Positions 36,954 to 46,219 of a stretch of DNA of 64,000 nucleotides are shown here, in pieces. The notes under the pieces are model-generated. The model saw only the letters and a list, made by a program, of their open reading frames with translations. It searched no databases and was not told where the DNA came from. Location: contig OY970178.1 of assembly GCA_963707915.1 (NCBI GenBank), positions 2,208,001-2,272,000 of the forward strand, given 5' to 3'. Positions within the stretch are counted from its first letter, which is position 1; the number at the start of each line of letters is the position of its first letter. A program made the position numbers and the translations under genes. The DNA comes from Candidatus Eiseniibacteriota bacterium. GTDB taxonomy: Bacteria > Eisenbacteria > RBG-16-71-46.

Positions 36954-38359
36954 GCGAAGCGCGCGGCGGCGCACCCGCCCCCGGCCTCGGCTGGTTCGAC
37001 GCCGAAGACGCACCGGCGCGCGCGGACCTGCGCTCGTGCATCCACTGCGGGCTGTGCCTGAGCGCCTGCCCGACCTACCGCACGCTCGGGCTCGAGCCCA
37101 ACTCGCCGCGCGGGCGGCTCTTCCTGATGCGCGGGCTCGCCGAGTCGCGCATCGCGCCCGCCCATCCGCTGCTCGACTATCTCGACCAGTGCCTGGGCTG
37201 CCGCGCCTGCGAGACCGCCTGCCCGGCGGGCGTCCCCTACGGCCGCCTGCTCGAAGTGGCGCGCGGCCAGCTCGAGCGCCGCGTGCGCGCGCCCTCGTTC
37301 TCCCGCCGGCTCGGCCAGTGGGCGCTGCGACGGATCGTGCCGGACCGCGCGGCCATGCACCGCGCGGCGGACCTCATGCGCCTGGCGCAGAATCCGGCGT
37401 TCGAGGCGCTGATGCGCTCGCGCGCCGCGCGCGCGCTGCTGCCGGAGTTCGCGCTGCGCGGCTGGCGCATGACGCCGCCGCTGCTGCCCCGCCGCCAGCG
37501 CGCGCTCGAGCGCGTCGCCCCGGCGCTGCCGCCCGGCGCGCGGATGGAGGCGCGGGCCGACGCGCTGGTCTTCCACCCCGCGGGCGCGCCGAAGGCCCGC
37601 GCGGCGTTCTTCACCTCCTGCGTCATGGAGGTCATGTTCCCGCGCATCGACCACCAGGCGGTGCGCCTGCTGGTGCTCGCGGGCTGCGAGGTGACCGTGC
37701 CGCGCGGGCAGTGCTGCTGCGGCGCGCTGCAGGCCCACGCCGGGATGCTGCCGCTGGCGAAGGACCTGGCGCGCGCGAACGCCCGGCTCTTCGACCCCGG
37801 CGAGCACGACTTCGTGGTGAACGACTCCGCGGGCTGCGGCGCCGCGCTGCGCGATGCCGGCGAGTTGCTGCACGCCGACCCGCTGGCGGCGCCCGCCGCC
37901 CGCCTCTCGGCGCGGGTGCGCGACGTGGCCGAGGTGCTGGAACAGCTCGGCCTGCCGGAGCCCGCGGCGCCGCTGCGCTCGTCCGCGGACCCGGCGCGGC
38001 CCCTGCGCGTCGGCTACCACGATCCCTGCCACCTCGCCCACGCGCAGCAGGTGCGCAGCCAGCCGCGCGCGCTGCTGCGCCGGCTGCCGGGCCTCGAGCT
38101 GGTGGACCTGCCGGACTCCGACTGGTGCTGCGGCAGCGCCGGCGTCTACGACCTGACGCACCCCGGGATGTCCGACGCCCAGCTCGCGCACAAGGTGGAC
38201 ACCATCGCGGCGGTGGCGCCCGAGGTGGTCGTGGCCTCGAACCCGGGCTGCGCGATGCACATGGCGCGCGGCGCCGCCGAGCGCGGACTCGCCGTGCGGA
38301 TCGAGCACCTGGTCGAGTTGCTGGCCCGCGCCTACCCGCCGCCCGCCTTCCGCGGATGA
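36950..38359 (+). CDS. glcF: Glycolate oxidase iron-sulfur subunit GlcF-like
   Basis: 'CIHCGLCLSACP', 'CLGCRACETACP', two CCG domains, 'YHDPCHL', 'SNPGC'. Confidence 0.88.
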   Translation: MSEARGGAPAPGLGWFDAEDAPARADLRSCIHCGLCLSACPTYRTLGLEPNSPRGRLFLMRGLAESRIAPAHPLLDYLDQCLGCRACETACPAGVPYGRLLEVARGQLERRVRAPSFSRRLGQWALRRIVPDRAAMHRAADLMRLAQNPAFEALMRSRAARALLPEFALRGWRMTPPLLPRRQRALERVAPALPPGARMEARADALVFHPAGAPKARAAFFTSCVMEVMFPRIDHQAVRLLVLAGCEVTVPRGQCCCGALQAHAGMLPLAKDLARANARLFDPGEHDFVVNDSAGCGAALRDAGELLHADPLAAPAARLSARVRDVAEVLEQLGLPEPAAPLRSSADPARPLRVGYHDPCHLAHAQQVRSQPRALLRRLPGLELVDLPDSDWCCGSAGVYDLTHPGMSDAQLAHKVDTIAAVAPEVVVASNPGCAMHMARGAAERGLAVRIEHLVELLARAYPPPAFRG

Positions 38360-39636
38360 CCGCCCGCGCCGCGCTGCCCCGCGCCGCCGTCGCCGCGCTG
38401 TTCCTCGAGCGCCAGCACCTCGACCGGCCCCGCGGGCGCCGGCTCACCGGGGCGGGCCTGGTCCGCTTCGCCGAGGACGTGGGCGGGATCCAGCTCGACT
38501 CGATCAACGTGCTGGAGCGCGCGCACCTGCTGACGCTGTGGAGCCGGTTCGGCGCCTACGACCGCGCCGCGCTCGAGCGGCTCGTCTACCGGCGGCGCCT
38601 GCTGTTCGAGTACTGGGCGCACGCCGCCTGCCTGGTGCCCACGACGCACTTCCCGATGTGGCGCCGCGCGATGCTCGACTACGAGGTCGGCCACTCCGGC
38701 TGGACGACGTGGCTGAAGAAGCACGCTCCGACGCTGAAGCGGGTCGAGCGGGCCATCCGCGAGCGCGGCCCGCTGGGCAACGCCGACTTCGCCGCGGCCG
38801 GGACGGGCCCGCGCGCGGCGGGCTGGTGGGACTGGAAGCCCGAGTCCCACGCCCTGGACTACCTGTGGAAGAAGGGCACGCTCGGGGTCCACTCGCGCGT
38901 CCACTTCCAGCGCCGCCTCGACCTGATGGAGCGCCTGCTGCCCGCCGCGCTCGCCGCGGAGCCGCCGTCGCGCGAGGCGTTCCGCCGCTGGCACGTGCGC
39001 CGCTCGCTCCACGCGATGGGCGCCGCGAGCGCCGTCGACCTGCGCATGTACCTCTCCTACCCGCGCGTGCCCGCGCCCGAGCGGAGCGCCACGCTGCGGG
39101 CGATGCTGCGCTCGGGCGAGGTGGTCGAGGTCGCGGTCGAGGGCGAGCGCGCGCCCTGGCTCGCGCTGCCCGGGGACCTGCCCGCGCTCGAGGCCGCGGC
39201 GCGCCGCCGTTCGCCGCCGAGCCGCGGCACCACGCTGCTCTCGCCGTTCGACTCGTTCCTCTGGCACCGCGAGCGCACGCAGGCGCTGTTCGGCTTCGAC
39301 TACCGCATCGAGGTCTACACGCCCCCGGGCAAGCGGGTGCACGGCTACTACTCGCTGCCGATCCTCCACGACGGCGCGCTCGTCGGGAGGCTCGACGCCA
39401 AGAACCACCGCGAGGCGCGGCGGCTCGAGGTGAGGCACGTCCACTTCGAGGCCGCGGCCGCGGCCGCTGGCGGCGGGTCGGCGATCGAGCCGGCGCTGGC
39501 GGGCCTCGGCGACGCGCTCGCCTCGCTCGCGGCGTTCGCCGGCGCCGGGCGCGTGACGGTAGGGCGCGTGAGCCCGGCGAAGCTGGCGAAGCCGCTGCGC
39601 CGGGCGCTGGGGAGTCGCACGGAGGCCGGCGGCTGA
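38356..39636 (+). CDS. ycaQ: YcaQ/AlkZ-family (HTH_42) interstrand-crosslink DNA glycosylase
   Basis: Catalytic QxD 'IQLDSINV..RAH', 'FEYWAH', 'LLSPFD', 'YRIEVYTP..KR.HGYY', 'GRLDAK'. Confidence 0.9.
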   Translation: MTARAALPRAAVAALFLERQHLDRPRGRRLTGAGLVRFAEDVGGIQLDSINVLERAHLLTLWSRFGAYDRAALERLVYRRRLLFEYWAHAACLVPTTHFPMWRRAMLDYEVGHSGWTTWLKKHAPTLKRVERAIRERGPLGNADFAAAGTGPRAAGWWDWKPESHALDYLWKKGTLGVHSRVHFQRRLDLMERLLPAALAAEPPSREAFRRWHVRRSLHAMGAASAVDLRMYLSYPRVPAPERSATLRAMLRSGEVVEVAVEGERAPWLALPGDLPALEAAARRRSPPSRGTTLLSPFDSFLWHRERTQALFGFDYRIEVYTPPGKRVHGYYSLPILHDGALVGRLDAKNHREARRLEVRHVHFEAAAAAAGGGSAIEPALAGLGDALASLAAFAGAGRVTVGRVSPAKLAKPLRRALGSRTEAGG

Positions 39637-39730
39637 AACGAGCGGCGTTCTCCGGTACAATCGGGCGCGGACCTGCCGTCCTCGACTCCGCGCCGCCGCG
39701 TCCACGCACGCGGGCGCAAGGGAGCCCTGC

Positions 39731-40843
39731 GTGAGACCCAGCATCCTCCTGCTCGGCGGCACCGGGCGCGCCGGCCGCGTCGCCGCGCGGCTGCTGCTCG
39801 AACACACCGACGCGCGGATCGTCATCGGCAGCCGCAGCCGCGAGCGGGCCGCCGCGCTCGCCGCCGCGCTGGCGCGCGACTTCCCGGGCGACCGCGCCGG
39901 GGTCGCGGCGGTGGACGCCGGCGACGAGGCGAGCCTGCGGGCGGCCCTCGAGGGCGCGCGCCTGCTCTTCGACTGCGGGCCGACCGCGCGGTTCACCGGG
40001 AGGATCCCGCTCGCCTGCATCGCGGCCGGCGTGGACTGCCTCGACATCCACCCGAGCCGCTCGCTCGCCGTGCTCCGGCCGCTCGCCCGCGAGGTGGCGC
40101 GCGCCGGCCGCTGCTTCGTCACGCAGGCCGGGCTCCACCCCGGGCTGCCCGCGACGGTCATGCGCCACGCCGCCTCGCTGCTCACGCGCTGCGACTCGGT
40201 GACGGCCGCGATGCTCATCAACGTCGGGGTGCCGCCCGGGCCGGACTCGGCCAGGGAGTTGATCGAGGAGATGAGCGTCTACCGGAGCCTGGTCTGGAGC
40301 GGCGGCGCCTGGCGCAAACCGTCGTGGAGCCACTCGCGCCGGTTCGACTTCGGCCCGGGCCTCGGGCCCCGCACCTGCTACCCGATGTGGAGCGACGAGT
40401 TGGAGGGCCTCCCGGAACGGATCGGTGCGCAGGACGCGGCGTTCTACGTGGCGGGCTTCAACGCGTTCGCCGACCTGGTGGTCACACCGCTCGCGCTGCT
40501 GTCCGGCTCGATCCGTCGCGGCCTCGGCGCGGGGCTCCTCGCGCGGCTGCTGGCCTTCAGCGTCCGCCGCTTCGGCCGCCCCCCCTTCGCCATCGTGCTC
40601 GCGGCCGAGGCCGCCGGCGAGCGGGACGGGACGGCCCGCGCCGTGCGCATCCTGGTGCGCAGCGACGACGACGACGGCTACCGGCTCACCGCCGCGCCGG
40701 CGGTGGCGTGCGTGAAGCAGCTCCTCGACGGCTCCGTCGCGCGGCCGGGCGTGCACCTGATGGGGCACCTGGTCGAGCCGGCCCGCCTGGCCGCGGACCT
40801 GCGACGCATGGGTATCGGGGTCGAGGTGGCCACCCGGCCGTAG
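39731..40843 (+). CDS. Saccharopine dehydrogenase-like NAD(P)-binding protein
   Basis: 'LLGGTGRAG', 'DCGP', 'QAGLHPGLP', 'ARPGVH'. Confidence 0.8.
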   Translation: MRPSILLLGGTGRAGRVAARLLLEHTDARIVIGSRSRERAAALAAALARDFPGDRAGVAAVDAGDEASLRAALEGARLLFDCGPTARFTGRIPLACIAAGVDCLDIHPSRSLAVLRPLAREVARAGRCFVTQAGLHPGLPATVMRHAASLLTRCDSVTAAMLINVGVPPGPDSARELIEEMSVYRSLVWSGGAWRKPSWSHSRRFDFGPGLGPRTCYPMWSDELEGLPERIGAQDAAFYVAGFNAFADLVVTPLALLSGSIRRGLGAGLLARLLAFSVRRFGRPPFAIVLAAEAAGERDGTARAVRILVRSDDDDGYRLTAAPAVACVKQLLDGSVARPGVHLMGHLVEPARLAADLRRMGIGVEVATRP

Positions 40844-40961
40844 CCGGCGCCGGGCCCCGCACGGGGCTGGACCGTCCGCGCCGGCGACCGCTAGAATCGA
40901 GTCCGATTCGCCGTCCGAACCGACCGTGCGGGGCTCGCACCCCGCCCTCCCGGAGTTCACC

Positions 40962-43571
40962 GTGCGTCCTGGCCGCCTGCTCGTCGTCTCCGTCACCCTG
41001 CTCGGTCTTGCCATCGCGGCCGGCCTCCACGTCCTGCGGCCCGGCGCCGGCGCGCGGCCTCCCGGCGAGGAAGAGCAGGGCGAGCGACGGCCGGGCGATT
41101 GGTGGGAGAACCAGCGCGCCTTCCCCGGCGCCAGCGTGAACCAGGCCGCCTTCGCCGCCGCGCGCGAGCAGGCGCAGTTCGATCGCGCCCGGGCCGCCCT
41201 CGCGACCAGCGCGGAGGGACTCGCCTGGACCCAGCTCGGCCCCTACAACATCGGCGGGCGGGTCACCGCGCTCGCCGTGGCCCCGGGCGGGACCACGATC
41301 TACCTGGGTTCGGCCAACGGCGGCGTGTTCAAGTCCACGAACTCGGGCGTGAACTGGGCCCCGGTGATGGACGGCTGGGGCTGGGAGCTGTTCTCGATCG
41401 GCGCGCTCGCCCTCGATCCGACCGATGCGAACGTGGTCTACGCCGGCACCGGCGAGGCCAACCACTCGGTGGACTCGTACGACGGCAACGGGCTGCTGCG
41501 CAGCAGCGACGGCGGACAGAGCTGGCAGTCGCTCGGCCTGCAGGCGACCGCGCGCATCGCCCGGGTCGCGGTGGACCCCTCCGACCGCGACCGCATCTTC
41601 GTGGCGGCGATGGGGACCCAGTTCTCGACCGGGCCCCATCGGGGCGTCTATCGCAGCGAGGACGGCGGGCAGAGCTGGAGCCAGGTGCTGTTCGTGAACG
41701 ACTCGACCGGCGCCTGCGACGTGGTGGTCAACCCCGCGCACCCCGAAACGGTCTACTGCGCCACGCTCGAGCGCGTGCGCCGCATGACCTACCGGCGCGC
41801 GCACGGGCCCGGAAGCGGCATCTGGCGCAGCGCGGACCACGGCACGACCTGGACGCGGCTCGCCGCCGGGTTGCCGACGCCCTCGGACAGCGTGGGGCGC
41901 ATCGCCCTCGCGCTGTGCGCCACCCGGCCGTCCGTCGTCTACGCCCAGATCGGCTCGGGTCCCGGGCTCGGCTGGGTCGGGCTCGGCCTGTACCGCAGCC
42001 TGGACGGCGGACAGACCTGGTCCCGGCGCGACACGGGCAGCGGCTTCCGCTACGCCTTCGGCGGCTTCTGCTGGTACTTCGGCGACGTGGCCGTGGACCC
42101 GAACAACGCGAACGTGGTGTACGCGCAGGGCGTGGGCCTGAAGCGCTCCACCGACGGCGGGCAGACGTTCGCGGACGTCACCCGGTCCGCCCACGTGGAC
42201 CAGCACGGCCTGTGGATCGACCCGTCGAACTCGAACCGCCTCTACCTGGGCAACGACGGCGGATTCTTCTCCTCGGTGAACGGGGCCGCGTCCTGGTCCA
42301 AGTCGGTGGACCTGCCGATCACGCAGTTCTACGCCGGCTGCGTCGACCCCTCGGACGTGAACCGCGTGGGCGGCGGCACGCAGGACAACGGCAGCATGCT
42401 GACGGCGTCCTCGCCCACGGGCTGGTACGAGATCGCGCCGGGCGGCGACGGGTTCACCGTGCTCATCGACCCGGCGGACCCGAACGTCGTGTTCTCCGAG
42501 TCGCAATACGGCAGCGGCGGCGCGGGGCCCTACCGCTCGACCCAGGGGGGCGGGGCCGGCGGCTTCGGCACGGGCATCAACGGTGGCGATCGATTCAACT
42601 GGTGCGCGCCGTTCGTCATGGACCCGACCGACCACGGCGTCCTGCTGTTCGCGAGCCACCGGGTCTACAAGAGCGCGGACAACGGCCTGACCTGGACCCC
42701 GGTGAGCGGCGACCTCACGTCGTTCCCGAACCCGCCCTCCGTGCTGGCCTACCACACCGTCTCGACCCTGGACATCTCTCCCGCCGACCCGCGGCACTAC
42801 TACGCGGGCACGGACGACGGCCGGGTCTGGCGGTCGGACGACGCGGGCGCCGCCTGGACGGAGGTCTCCGCCGGGCTCCCGCTCTACTGCGTCACCCGGG
42901 TGACGGCCGACCCGGTCACCCCGGAGGTCGTGTACGTGTGCCTCTCGGGCTTCGGCCAGGACCAGCACTCCCCCCACGTCTTCCGGAGCGCCGACCAGGG
43001 CGCCACCTGGTCCCCGATCGCCGGCGACCTGCCCGACGCCCCGGCGAACGACCTGGTCGTGGACCCCACCGATCCCAACACCCTGTTCCTCGCGACCGAC
43101 GTCGGGGTCTACGTCACTCGCAACCTGGGCGGCGCGTGGAGCCCGCTGGGACTGGGGATGCCGCTCCAGGCGGTCTTCGATCTGACGCTCCATTCGCCGT
43201 CCAACACGCTGGTTGCGGCGACGCACGGACGCTCGCAGTGGAAGATCAACGTCGGCGCGCTACCCGTTGCGGTGGGCCGCACTGCGCCGCCACAACGCAT
43301 CGCGTTGACCGCACCGGCGCCCAATCCCAGCCGGGGCGCGTCCCGCTTCGCGCTGGCGCTGCCGGCGGGCGGGACCACGGAAGTCACGGTCTACGACGCC
43401 GCGGGGCGGCGCGTCCGTGACCTGTACTCGGGGGTCGCGCCGCCGGGCTCCCTGCCTCTCGCCTGGGACGGATCCGACGCGCACGGCCATCGCGCGGGTG
43501 CCGGCGTCTACTTCGTCCGCGCGAGCGCGGCGGGCTCGGTGACGACGCGGAGACTCGTGCGGGTGGACTGA
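40962..43571 (+). CDS. Secreted VPS10/BNR (Asp-box) beta-propeller protein with FlgD-Ig C-terminal domain
   Basis: 'WTQLGPYNIGGRV', repeated S-x-D-G-G-x-(S/T)-W boxes, 'HVDQH', 'GGTQDNG'; C-terminal 'PNPS...YDAAGRRV...WDG...GVYFVR'. Confidence 0.88.
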   Translation: MRPGRLLVVSVTLLGLAIAAGLHVLRPGAGARPPGEEEQGERRPGDWWENQRAFPGASVNQAAFAAAREQAQFDRARAALATSAEGLAWTQLGPYNIGGRVTALAVAPGGTTIYLGSANGGVFKSTNSGVNWAPVMDGWGWELFSIGALALDPTDANVVYAGTGEANHSVDSYDGNGLLRSSDGGQSWQSLGLQATARIARVAVDPSDRDRIFVAAMGTQFSTGPHRGVYRSEDGGQSWSQVLFVNDSTGACDVVVNPAHPETVYCATLERVRRMTYRRAHGPGSGIWRSADHGTTWTRLAAGLPTPSDSVGRIALALCATRPSVVYAQIGSGPGLGWVGLGLYRSLDGGQTWSRRDTGSGFRYAFGGFCWYFGDVAVDPNNANVVYAQGVGLKRSTDGGQTFADVTRSAHVDQHGLWIDPSNSNRLYLGNDGGFFSSVNGAASWSKSVDLPITQFYAGCVDPSDVNRVGGGTQDNGSMLTASSPTGWYEIAPGGDGFTVLIDPADPNVVFSESQYGSGGAGPYRSTQGGGAGGFGTGINGGDRFNWCAPFVMDPTDHGVLLFASHRVYKSADNGLTWTPVSGDLTSFPNPPSVLAYHTVSTLDISPADPRHYYAGTDDGRVWRSDDAGAAWTEVSAGLPLYCVTRVTADPVTPEVVYVCLSGFGQDQHSPHVFRSADQGATWSPIAGDLPDAPANDLVVDPTDPNTLFLATDVGVYVTRNLGGAWSPLGLGMPLQAVFDLTLHSPSNTLVAATHGRSQWKINVGALPVAVGRTAPPQRIALTAPAPNPSRGASRFALALPAGGTTEVTVYDAAGRRVRDLYSGVAPPGSLPLAWDGSDAHGHRAGAGVYFVRASAAGSVTTRRLVRVD

Positions 43572-43726
43572 TCCGCGCTCCCGGCGAGCGCTCGCAGCCG
43601 CCGGGCCCGAGGCGCTCGTCCCGGGCGCGACCTCATTCCGACCGCTCAGGACGCGGCCCGGAATATGCTTGGCTGTTACGGCCGCGTCAGCCGCGGACCA
43701 AACCGACCCTGCATCGAAATAAGGCT

Positions 43727-43754
43727 TTGAAAATGCGGTGCATCCTGCTATACC
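43727..43754 (+). promoter_or_regulatory. Possible sigma70-type promoter of hup
   Basis: TTGAAA-N16-TATACC with extended TG, in an AT-richer patch. Confidence 0.4.
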
Positions 43755-43826
43755 ACCATCCGGCAGGGCACAACGGAGTGCCCGTCCGTTCCGCAACTCG
43801 TACCTTCGCAAGGAAAGGATGGAACC

Positions 43827-44117
43827 ATGGCGAAGATGATGACCAAGTCCCAGGTGTCCGCCCACATCGCCGACAAGTTCGAGCTCACCAAGAAGACCGG
43901 CACGGCGATCCTCGAAGAGCTGGCGATGCTGGCCGGCAAGGAAGCCAAGAAGAACGGCTTCGTGTTCCCCGGCGTCGGCAAGCTGGTGGTGGTGAACCGC
44001 AAGGCGCGCATGGGCCGCAACCCGCAGACGGGCCAGCCCATCAAGATTCCGGCAAAGCGCGTCCTGAAGTTCCGGATCGCGAAGGCCATGAAGGAGCTCG
44101 CGCTCAAGGCGCGTTAG
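43827..44117 (+). CDS. hup: HU family DNA-binding protein
   Basis: 'MTKSQ', 'PGVGKL', 'RKARMGRNPQTG..IKIPAK..LKF'; RBS AAGGA. Confidence 0.95.
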   Translation: MAKMMTKSQVSAHIADKFELTKKTGTAILEELAMLAGKEAKKNGFVFPGVGKLVVVNRKARMGRNPQTGQPIKIPAKRVLKFRIAKAMKELALKAR

Positions 44118-44133
44118 TCCCTCGGCAGACCTT

Positions 44134-44170
44134 GCGAAGGCCCCGGGCTCCCGAGACCGGGGCCTTTCGC
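44134..44170. terminator. Intrinsic terminator between convergent hup and PAS genes
   Basis: gcgaaggccccgg...ccggggcctttcgc hairpin. Confidence 0.75.
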
Positions 44171-44184
44171 TTGCGCGCAGGGCG

Positions 44185-45504
44185 CTACGCGGCCTCACGC
44201 AGCGGCGGCCCGGGCGACCGCACGACCGCGGCCGGGCGCTCGGACGCCCGCAGCCGCGCCTCGAGCCGGCGGCGCTCCGAGACGTCGGTGGCCACGCCGA
44301 CCACGCCGACGACCCGGCCCTCGCCGTCCCGCCGCGGCGTGTAGCGCGTCTCGAAGGCGAGGTCGCCCACCTCGACCAGCGTGGTGAAGTCCTCGCCCGC
44401 CAGCGCGCGCCGCAGGGCGGCCACGATCTCCGGCTGGTCGCGGTAGAACTCGAACGCCGACAGGCCCACGACCTGGCCGGGCGCGAGCCCGAGGTTCGTG
44501 AGTGCCGAGCCCTCCGAGAGCCGGAAGATCCCGTCGCGGTCCACGGCGAACAACACGACCGGCGCGTTCGATACCACCGCCTGCAGGTCCTCCTCGACGC
44601 GGCGCACCGACGGGAGCCCGCTCAGGTCCTGTGTCACCACGAGCACCTCCTCGATCCGCCCCTCGGGCTCGCGGATGGGGAGCGCGCTCACGTAGAGCCG
44701 GTGTCCCGGCCCGCCGCCCTCGCGCACGAACTCCTGGTGCACGGGCCGGCCGAGGTGGAGCGCGCGGGTGACCGGACAGCCGACGTCCGGGACGGGCCCG
44801 GCCGGCCGGCCGAAGCGCGCCCACACCTCCCCGCAGTCCCGCCCGACCCAGTTCGAGCCGTCGTCCAGCGGGAAGCGTGACGTCAGCGCGCGGCTCACCC
44901 AGCGCACGATGTGGGTGGGGTCCACGGTGAACACGTAGGTGTCGGCCTGGTTCACGACCGCCGCGAACTTCTGGCGTTCCCGCTCGAGCACGCGCATCTG
45001 CTGGTCGAACCGCTGGAACCAGCGGTCGCTGCGGTCCTTCGCCGAACGGGAGCGGACCGCCTCCTGGTGATGCGCGATCTGCCGCGCGATGAGCGAGCCC
45101 GCGCTCGCGCAGCGTTCGCCCGCGCCCGGCGGTCCGGCGAAGCACACCACCGCGAGCGTGTGGCCGTGGTCGACGAGCGGCAGGACCGCGGGCACGACCC
45201 CGTTCGCCAGCCCGCTCGGGAACGGCATGGTGACCGGCGCGTCCTGCACGAGGGACTCGAGCGCCAGGCCGCGCAGGTGCGGGCGGAAACGCAGCCGCAT
45301 GGCCTCGTCCGCGGGGACCCAGAACTCCGCTTCCGTGTCCTTCCCGCTGACCAGGAACAGCACGACCGCCTCCGCCTCGGAGAGCTCCGCGAAGAACCGC
45401 GCGGCGTGGACGGAGACCTCCTCGACCGTCTCCGAGGCGAGGACCGGCCCCAGCAGCTCGAGCGCCCGCTCGAAGTCCCGGACCCGGTCGATGCGCGTGG
45501 CCAC
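44185..45504 (-). CDS. Sensor protein (GAF-like + two PAS/PAC domains) without output domain
   Basis: 'AVVSNAPVVLFAVDRDGIF', 'VGRDC', 'GRVVGVVGVATDVSERRRLE'; stops about 25 aa later. Confidence 0.8.
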   Translation of the reverse strand: MATRIDRVRDFERALELLGPVLASETVEEVSVHAARFFAELSEAEAVVLFLVSGKDTEAEFWVPADEAMRLRFRPHLRGLALESLVQDAPVTMPFPSGLANGVVPAVLPLVDHGHTLAVVCFAGPPGAGERCASAGSLIARQIAHHQEAVRSRSAKDRSDRWFQRFDQQMRVLERERQKFAAVVNQADTYVFTVDPTHIVRWVSRALTSRFPLDDGSNWVGRDCGEVWARFGRPAGPVPDVGCPVTRALHLGRPVHQEFVREGGGPGHRLYVSALPIREPEGRIEEVLVVTQDLSGLPSVRRVEEDLQAVVSNAPVVLFAVDRDGIFRLSEGSALTNLGLAPGQVVGLSAFEFYRDQPEIVAALRRALAGEDFTTLVEVGDLAFETRYTPRRDGEGRVVGVVGVATDVSERRRLEARLRASERPAAVVRSPGPPLREAA

Positions 45505-45514
45505 GGCCGTGCCC

Positions 45515-45982
45515 TCAGGCCCCCGGCCGCGCGGCGTAGTAGCCCGCCAGCCAGTCGGCCACGGCCTGGATCTCGAGCACCGCCGCCTCGTCGAAGGCCG
45601 AGAGCTCGTGGCTGTCGATGTCGATCTGCGCGTGGATCACGTCGCCGGAACGGATCAGCACGACCAGCTCGGAGCGGGTCTGGGTGCTGCAGGCGAGGTA
45701 GTTCTCGACCTGGCTCACGTCGGGGATGTTGAGGTTGCGCCGCTCCGCGACCGCCGTGCCGCAGATGCCCTGGCCGTAGCCGATGAAGACGTGTTCCGTG
45801 GCCGCGCCGAGGAACGGCCCCAGGCGCAGCGTGCCGTCCTCGAACAACTCGTAGATGCCGGTCCAGTGGAAGCGCCGGTCCATCGCGTGCACGCCGGCGA
45901 CGGCGGCCTCGAGCACGTGCTCGAACGGCGCGGAGGCGGCGGCCATCGCAGTGAGCCGTGCGATCAAGGGTTCGACCGCCAT
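45515..45982 (-). CDS. GAF domain protein, free Met-R-sulfoxide reductase (MsrC/YebR)-like
   Basis: 'WTGIY', 'LGPFLG', 'GQGICGTA', 'NYLACS..TRSELVV', 'IDIDS', 'AFD'. Confidence 0.85.
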   Translation of the reverse strand: MAVEPLIARLTAMAAASAPFEHVLEAAVAGVHAMDRRFHWTGIYELFEDGTLRLGPFLGAATEHVFIGYGQGICGTAVAERRNLNIPDVSQVENYLACSTQTRSELVVLIRSGDVIHAQIDIDSHELSAFDEAAVLEIQAVADWLAGYYAARPGA

Positions 45983-46055
45983 GGTGGACCCCCGGAGGGA
46001 ATGGGTGGACCCGACGTGGGAGGGGACGAGGGGGTCCCGGCACACTTCCAGCAGG

Positions 46056-46083
46056 GTATCGGCCCCCGGGGGCCCCGCCTTGA
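46056..46083 (-). promoter_or_regulatory. sigma28-like promoter for the GAF-PAS operon
   Basis: Minus strand TCAAG-N15-GCCGATAC. Confidence 0.6.
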
Positions 46084-46219
46084 GGAACATCGGTCCGCGC
46101 AGGACGCGCTGCCCGCGGGCTCCGCGCGGCGGGCGGGGCCCGGGGCCGCGGACCGCCCGGGCGCCGTGCCGCGCCTTTGCGCCGCTCCGCCGGCTCTGTC
46201 ACCATGCCGGTCACCTCCC

